Source: the human T2T-CHM13v2.0 reference genome, Homo sapiens
Length of the DNA stretch: 64,000 nucleotides
Direction: 5' to 3' (one strand)
NCBI RefSeq assembly: GCF_009914755.1
Contig: NC_060932.1
The notes beneath the pieces were generated by a model, which searched no databases, had not been told where the DNA came from, and saw only the letters and a list, made by a program, of their open reading frames with translations. Made by a program: the position numbers and the translations under genes. This document shows, one piece after another, positions 55,790 through 64,000 of this stretch (its first letter is position 1; each line of letters begins with the position of its first letter).

Positions 55790-56098
55790 TACCAACCTTC
55801 TATGAGCAGTTACATGTATAATTTAAAATTTTCTAGTAGCTGCTTTTAGAAAAGTAACAATAAAGAGGTAAAATTAATTTAATAATATATTTTAACTCAA
55901 TATATCCAAGATATGATCATTTTAATGTGTAATAATCATAAAAACTATTAATGAGATATCTTCATTCTTTTGTTTGTACTGCCCCAAGCCTGTGCAATCC
56001 AGTGCGTATTTTACAATTAGTACATTCCAATCTGGACAATCCACATTTCCAGTGCTCAGTACCCACATGTGCCTGGTGACTATCATAGTGGAAAGCCA
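55790..56098. mobile_element. MER33-like hAT-Charlie remnant
   Basis: AAATTTTCTAGTAGC...CCACATTTCCAGTGCTCAGTACCCACATGTG resembles the consensus as recalled. Confidence 0.75.
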
Positions 56099-56264
56099 GA
56101 GTGTACAAATATCTTCCTGACAACAGCTTTTCTACAACATGTACTAATATTTACATGTTTCTGGGCATGTGCACACTTATATACACTCAAGAAACATCAA
56201 CTAAATACTGGGCATATAGGATGAAAAACGCCTAGTTTTTGTCCTCAAGGAGCTCAAAGTTTAG

Positions 56265-56571
<307 letters not shown>

Positions 56572-56892
56572 TCTTGGCATTCTTTACCTTTGAAATAATA
56601 TGCAAAATATTCTGTGTTCTCTGTGTGTATTCTTCTGGGGAGATAACTTTCTTCATCACTTTATTAAAGGAGTCTGTGTCTCAAAAAGGTTAAGAGCCAG
56701 GAGACTAGACTAGTAGCAGATGCTGGGAGAAATGGAGAGCTAAGGAAAATGAAGGAACTGAGACAGATAGAAGGGGAAAGATCCGAGGAGAAAGAAAGAC
56801 TAAAAGGAAGATAAATAAACAAAAAAGAGAGAAGAAGAATTTCATTGCTAGACATGAAATTTTAGTTATAAAATCATATAATAAAAATTGGT

Positions 56893-57182
56893 GGCCAGGC
56901 GTGGTGGCTCACGCCTGTAATCCCAGCACTGTGGGAGGCCGAGGTGGGTGGATCACGAGGTCAGGAGTTCAAGACCAGCCTGACCAACATGCTGAAACCC
57001 TGTCTCTACTAAAAATACAAAAAAAATTAGCCAGGCATGGTGGCGCACGCCTGTAGTCCCAGCTACTCAGGAGACTGAGGCAGGAGAATCCACTTGAACT
57101 TGGGAGGCAGAGGCTGCAGTGAGCCAAGATCATGCCACTGCCAAGATCACACCAGCCTGGGCAACAAAGCAAGACTCCGTCT

Positions 57183-57216
<34 letters not shown>
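56893..57216 (+). mobile_element. AluS-type element with a ~33-A tail
   Basis: Full Alu with a small internal repeat GCCAAGATCA. Confidence 0.92.
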
Positions 57217-57221
<5 letters not shown>

Positions 57222-57439
57222 GTTCCAGTTACTATGCCAGGTACTGGGGACAGATACAGAGATGAAAGACAAGGTCTCTATGTCCAGGGAGTTCACATTT
57301 TAGTGACAGGAACAGACTCACCCAGGCAGATACAATACTTGGGTAAGTATGAAGACGCAGTTTATGTGCAATGTGCTATGGCTACAGCGGGGAGAGGAAG
57401 GAGGGTGCCACACAAGAGGGACGCAATACCCCCCCAACC

Positions 57440-57741
<302 letters not shown>

Positions 57742-57988
57742 GTGAGCCACCATGCCTGACCCCTCATTTCTTAAATGAAGGTTATTTTCTGATCAAATTT
57801 TAAATCTATGTTCTGGAATAACTCAAGATTCTGCATTTTAGTTTGGAACCTTAGAAAAGCATGGATAGGTCATGGAGAAATCAGGTATTCTAAAATATTT
57901 TAAAATGACATCTGGAAATAGCAGTGAAGTTTCTATTCTGAGCTATTTATCATCAAATTGAACCTGGTTATTTGATCCAACTATTTAA

Positions 57989-58568
57989 GGTTGAGGCAGG
58001 AGGATCACTTGAGGTCAGGAGTTTGAGACCAGCCTGGCTAATGTAGCGAAACCCCGTCTCTACAAAAAACTTAGCCGGGCACGGTCACACATACCTGTAG
58101 TCCCAGCTACTTGGGAGGCTGAGGCATGAGAATCAGTTGAACCTGGGAGGCGGGGGTTGCAGTGAGCTGAGATCACGCCACCACTCCAGCCTGGATGACA
58201 GAGTGAGACTCTATCTCAAAGAAAAAAAAAAGCCATCAAAAAATGAACATTGAAGAAAAAACTCTTCAACTCGTTAAGAATTCTCTGTATTTTATTTATT
58301 TATTTTGAGACAAAGTCTCTGTCACAGTAGTGCAATCTCGGCTCACTGCAACGTCCGCCTCCTGTGTTCAAGGATTCTCCTGCCTCAGCCTCCTGAGCAG
58401 CTGGGATTATAGGTGTGTGCCACCACGACCAGCTGATTTTTGTATTTTTAGTAGAGACGGGGTTTCGCCATGTTGGCCAGGCTGGTCTCAAACTCCTGAC
58501 CTCAGGCATCCATCCACCTTGGCCTCCCGAAGTACTGGGATAATAGGTGTGAACCACTGTGCCTGGCC
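57989..58568. mobile_element. Inverted Alu pair (5'-truncated + ~57989-58231; - ~58288-58568)
   Basis: Tail-to-tail Alus about 55 nt apart. Confidence 0.9.
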
Positions 58569-59189
58569 CACGTTAGGAATTCTTTGGATTGTAGCTGTGG
58601 ACTCAGAAAGACCTGGGTTCAAAGTGTACCCCACGACCTACTAGCTGTCTGACCTCGAGCAATTGAGCTCACCTCTGTGACTTGGCTTCCTCGCCTGTAA
58701 AATGGGGATAATGTTGCTGACATCAAGGGTTGGTGTTGGAAGGAAGTGAGATGTATCTAGCACAGGCACACAAAGAGTCTCATAAACGGCCGGGGCCATT
58801 ATGCTCACAGCAGGTCTAGCAGCAGTATGGTACTTGCTGAAGGGCAATTTGGGATATTTACTGAGTGCGGATTAAAGGCTCCCTGTTTTTATAGCATGAA
58901 GCTTCTTCAAAAAATAAAATGTTGAAAGGAATTTCAAATGGTCGTTAAGTATTTCAGGAAAACCAGGGTTTGTAAACTCCTTTGGAAAACTCTGTAGCTG
59001 CGCCAGCCTGTTTAATTTTCTCCGTGATATGGTCTCATGTCCCCAGCCAGAGGTTAGCACAGGATTCAGGGTCACTGACTGAAGAACACAGGCGAATCAT
59101 GTGTCTGGGCAGATGGCTGCTGTAAAGTCCCCCTATTCCTTCCTTACCCTAGGGAGTCCCTTCCTGCACTGACTCTGGGCTTGGCCAGT

Positions 59190-59556
59190 AGGACAACAGC
59201 AAACATAATGCTGGGCCCTGGAAAGTGCTGGTGCATGGGGGCTCACCCTCTCTTGCAACTTCGAAATGCCCGCCCTGGCTTGCCTACTACAAATGAGAAG
59301 GCCACATGGAGTGGGGATGCACCATCACTGCTGAGTCCCTGCCACTGGTCAGCCCGCTGAGCACCTGATGGGTGGGTCAGGCCATCGTAAACCACACAGC
59401 CAGCCAGCTGCCAGCTGACTGCAAAGTCCAGCCAGGCTTGCTCAAGTCAGAACCACTCCGGTGCCCTACAGAACTGTGAGGTACAGAAAGAAATGTTTGT
59501 TTTTTTGAGCCACTAGTATCAGGTGGTTTGTTATGCAGCAAAAGCTGACTAACACA
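59190..59556 (+). mobile_element. MLT1-family (ERVL-MaLR) solo LTR remnant
   Basis: AGAACTGTGAG...GAGCCACTAG...GGTGGTTTGTTATGCAGCAAAAGCTGACTAACACA 3' end. Confidence 0.75.
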
Positions 59557-60193
59557 CATTCCTCCAAAAAGGCTGCATGCTCAGGAGGGCTACACCAGTG
59601 TGATCCACAGCGATGCAGTCTTCACACTTCAGAAACGGACTCAGTTCACATACATACAAACAGAGAGCTCTAACTCTACACAGAAGAAACTGGTATCCTC
59701 TTCAGCTAAAAAAAAAAAAAAGACGCAAACTCTTCAAGACAGTTCTTTAAAAAACCTTGATAAATAGCTAATTCAGCATAATTTTATGACAGTTTTTATC
59801 AGGATTGTGAAAGTAAAGGCAGCATTATGACTGCTGTTGTTTGAATACTCATTTTAACATAGTTGATTTTTTAAATTATATTGGAATTCTCTTGGGGCTT
59901 TCATACTGCTCTACATTCAGAACAGCCACCTATTTAACAAACATCTGTTAAAGCACCATCAGGAAACTCCCAAGCATTTGCAAGATTTGTATAAGTGGCA
60001 GGATGCCCATGACCACAGCAGAAAGTGGTGTCAATGACAGTTCTGCCTTTAAGAGGCTCATAATGTGATGAGTCATGACACTGTCCCACGGTCCATAAAC
60101 TTATCATATAAGGGAGTAATTAGTAAGCATTCCAAAAGTTAAAAGTTCATTCCAATAGGAACATAAGCAAAGAAGAGGCTTCCAGTTGTGTTA

Positions 60194-61056
<863 letters not shown>

Positions 61057-61239
61057 TCAACAGTAGCAGGAGTAGAAAGAACACTATACAGAAGCAACAC
61101 ACAAGCAAAGATGGAGAAAAAGGAAAGCTATAATGTTTGTCTAGGGGACAGCTTGATTGAGATTCAAGCTCCATCAAGTAATAGCTGCTTTGATGACTAA
61201 ATTACTTAATTTTTCCAAATCTAGGCTATAAAGTATCCA

Positions 61240-61450
61240 ATGAAAGTGGCATCTGCAGCAAGGCTACCTGGTTCAAATGCCAGCTTCATCACTTTGTAGT
61301 TGTCTTGGGCAATTACTTTCTCACTGTGCCTTCATCACTTTTAAAATGGGAATAATAATTATACATGCCTCACGGGGTTATTATGAAGACTAAATGAGTT
61401 TTTCATTTGTAAAGTATGTAGAATAGTGCCTGGTATAAATGTTTTGTTAA
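61240..61450 (+). mobile_element. MIR remnant
   Basis: CCTGGTTCAAATGCCAGC...TAAAATGGGAATAATAA...TAGAATAGTGCCTGG. Confidence 0.7.
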
Positions 61451-61781
61451 ATAAACATATGTTTATGCATACACAGCAAACAGTTATATAGATATAGATA
61501 GGCATGTATGAATGTAGATACAGAGATACAGCTTTATCACCAAGAACAGTACCTGGTATGTAGAAAATGCTAAACACACTTAAATGTTTCCCTTCCTCCT
61601 CCATTGTCTGGAGTCCACAGAGATCTAGAGCACAAGGTCAGACACGTTCCATGCACCCCAACATCAGCCTCCACTCAGTTAAAAGAACACAGGCTGTCCT
61701 TCCTCTACTTTCACACTGGAAGCTTTCTCCTTTCTCTTGGGGGCAATAATTCTGCACTTGCTGATACAAGATGCTAGGCTT

Positions 61782-62108
61782 AGCCAGGCACAGTGTCATG
61801 CCTATAATCCCAGCACTTTGGGAGGCCAAGGACATAGCATTGCTTGAACCCAGGAATTTGAAACCAGTCTGGGCAACATAGTGAGATTTCGTCTCTAAAA
61901 ATAAAAAAAAAATTAAAAATTAAAAATAAAAAAATTAGCGGGTGCAGTGGTACCCGCCTGTAGTCCAAGGTACTTGGGAAGCTGAGGTGGTAGGATATCT
62001 TGGGTCCAGGAGTTTGAGGCTGCAGTGAGTTATGATTGTGCCAATGCATTCCAGCCCGGGCAACAGAGCGAGAACTTGTCTCAACAAAACAAAACAAAAC
62101 AAAACAAA
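61782..62108 (+). mobile_element. AluJ element with a (CAAAA)n tail
   Basis: 14-bp TSD AAGATGCTAGGCTT. Confidence 0.9.
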
Positions 62109-63675
62109 AAGATGCTAGGCTTGAAACCACTAGAGACAGATACAACATGGCCACTAGCTTCAAAACAAAAGAGCACTAATACCACCTTATGTGATATATG
62201 CACCTCAAATGGAAAAATAAGCACAGGCTTATTAAGTGCAACCTTCACTTCTATAATTTATTACTATGCAAGCTAATCTAAAATGAGAAACTCTGAATGC
62301 AATAAGATTTTGGGGAAAAAGTCAAAGATTAGATTTAAAGCCACAGTAATTCGAAAGTTAGGTTAACAAAAACCTTACTAATCCCAGACTAATTTGGCTT
62401 GAACTAGATATATATCTAAACTGAAAATACTTTTAAATGCAGTTTTATTACTTGAATCAACAAATATTAAACTGAGTTTCCTCTGTTTTTAAAAGGAAAG
62501 TACTAAGGATAGTTACTGGATTATACTAAAAACAAAAACAAAAAAACCCATTAAAAGTGCTTGAAAATATTCGACTATGTTGAAATAAGTAACATTTTCC
62601 TGCAATCTTACAGTATTTATTTGTTTAGAAACCACTTTTTCATAGGTATCACCAAGGTAAACTCCACCCATCACAAACAAAGGCTTATTGTCAATTCTGT
62701 ATTGGATAGAATGTGAAATAATGAGTTGTGCTAAACTGCTAATCATAAACATCCACTTCTCAGTTTACTCCCTCAGATAATAGGAAAACTATTAAGTATC
62801 AAGCAACGAGCTGCTAATTGCCCAAATCTTTTGATACACAGTATAAAATACTAATTTTTGTGATTTCAATCTATATTGTTTCACAATCATTCAAGTCTGT
62901 TTCAAAAGCACTTAAGGGTCTTTAGGTAAGGATTACCCTACTTTTAACTTGAAATTTAAGGCTTTCTGAGGAAAAGAGGGCTGTAGGAGTCTTTTAACAG
63001 AGCCATATTCCTGGGTTCAGTCAAACTGAACCAATTGCTAGCTTTGAGACAGTAGGCAAGTTATTTAACAGAGTTCTCTCTGCCCATCTGTAAAATGAGG
63101 ATAAGGATCCATCTACCTTCTAGGAATGTTGCAAAAATGACTCAATGCACATAAAGCACTTACAACAGAGCTTGGCATGGATTTTTGAAAAAAAAATTTT
63201 ATACATGGATTTTTTAAAAAAAAGAAAATATACATATAATATATATATTTTATATGTAAGCTATATAAAGTAATGATGAAGGAGAATTCCTAGTTAAACC
63301 ACCTGGCCATGGTAGATAGAAAATCTGTTCTGGGGCTCTGGGGCTTTAGGTCCCCTTGCTACCTATTTCAGGTAGACAGGGAACTTGCAGGGTATGCCTG
63401 AAAGGACCCTCAAAATGACAGTGGAGAGCCGCCAGCTTCACTGTGAATAATTTCAAGTCCATTCTCAAGACTCCTGCCTTTTCACTATCAGGTCTCTGAG
63501 CATCTATAAGAGGCACTTGAAGGGCAGATGCCCACGTGTGTGGTGGAAGACAATACTTGATACCAATTTTCCAAGAGACGTGGAAATCAAGAATATGTTT
63601 TCTAATTTGTAATAGTTTTGCTGTAAATGGGTATGATCTGTTTCCAAACAGATAAACTAAGAAGTGGTCACTTTT

Positions 63676-63999
<324 letters not shown>

Positions 64000-64000
64000 G

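Noticed and set aside
63014-63032. GGTTCAG-N5-CTGAACC hairpin, tRNA-like
   Set aside because: 7-bp stem at the edge of a MIR remnant; no cloverleaf; expected by chance.
63176-63235. Short CATGGATTTTT-A-run duplication
   Set aside because: AT-rich low-complexity slippage with no sign of function.

Overview
Primate (most likely human) genomic DNA, very Alu-dense, carrying the 5' half of SLC20A2 (PiT-2, a type III Na+/phosphate cotransporter) on the minus strand. Four coding exons can be placed to the base with GT-AG boundaries: 24435-24987 (ATG at 24723), 18110-18250, 15315-15400 and 12206-12302. Together they give 613 coding nt (aa 1-204 plus one base); the remaining exons lie left of the window. 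About 25-64 kb is upstream/intron-1 sequence, with a candidate non-coding first exon and promoter in an Alu-free block near 53.4 kb. The rest is mainly Alu (about 60 copies, many with readable target-site duplications), L1, L2, MIR, MER and MLT remnants, plus a 1.6-kb GGA/GAA purine repeat. No prokaryote-type system, CRISPR array or RNA gene is present, and I cannot support a wholly new biological system. The best leads are post-transcriptional: (1) a strong-Kozak uORF in frame with PiT-2 and separated from it by one UAG in a near-leaky context, (2) two tiny stop-containing cryptic exons in intron 2, (3) inverted-Alu architecture suited to exon 2-5 circRNA formation, and (4) the purine/pyrimidine repeat with higher-order structure. 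Exon/intron numbers assume one non-coding first exon. Repeat subfamily calls and repeat coordinates are by eye and approximate.
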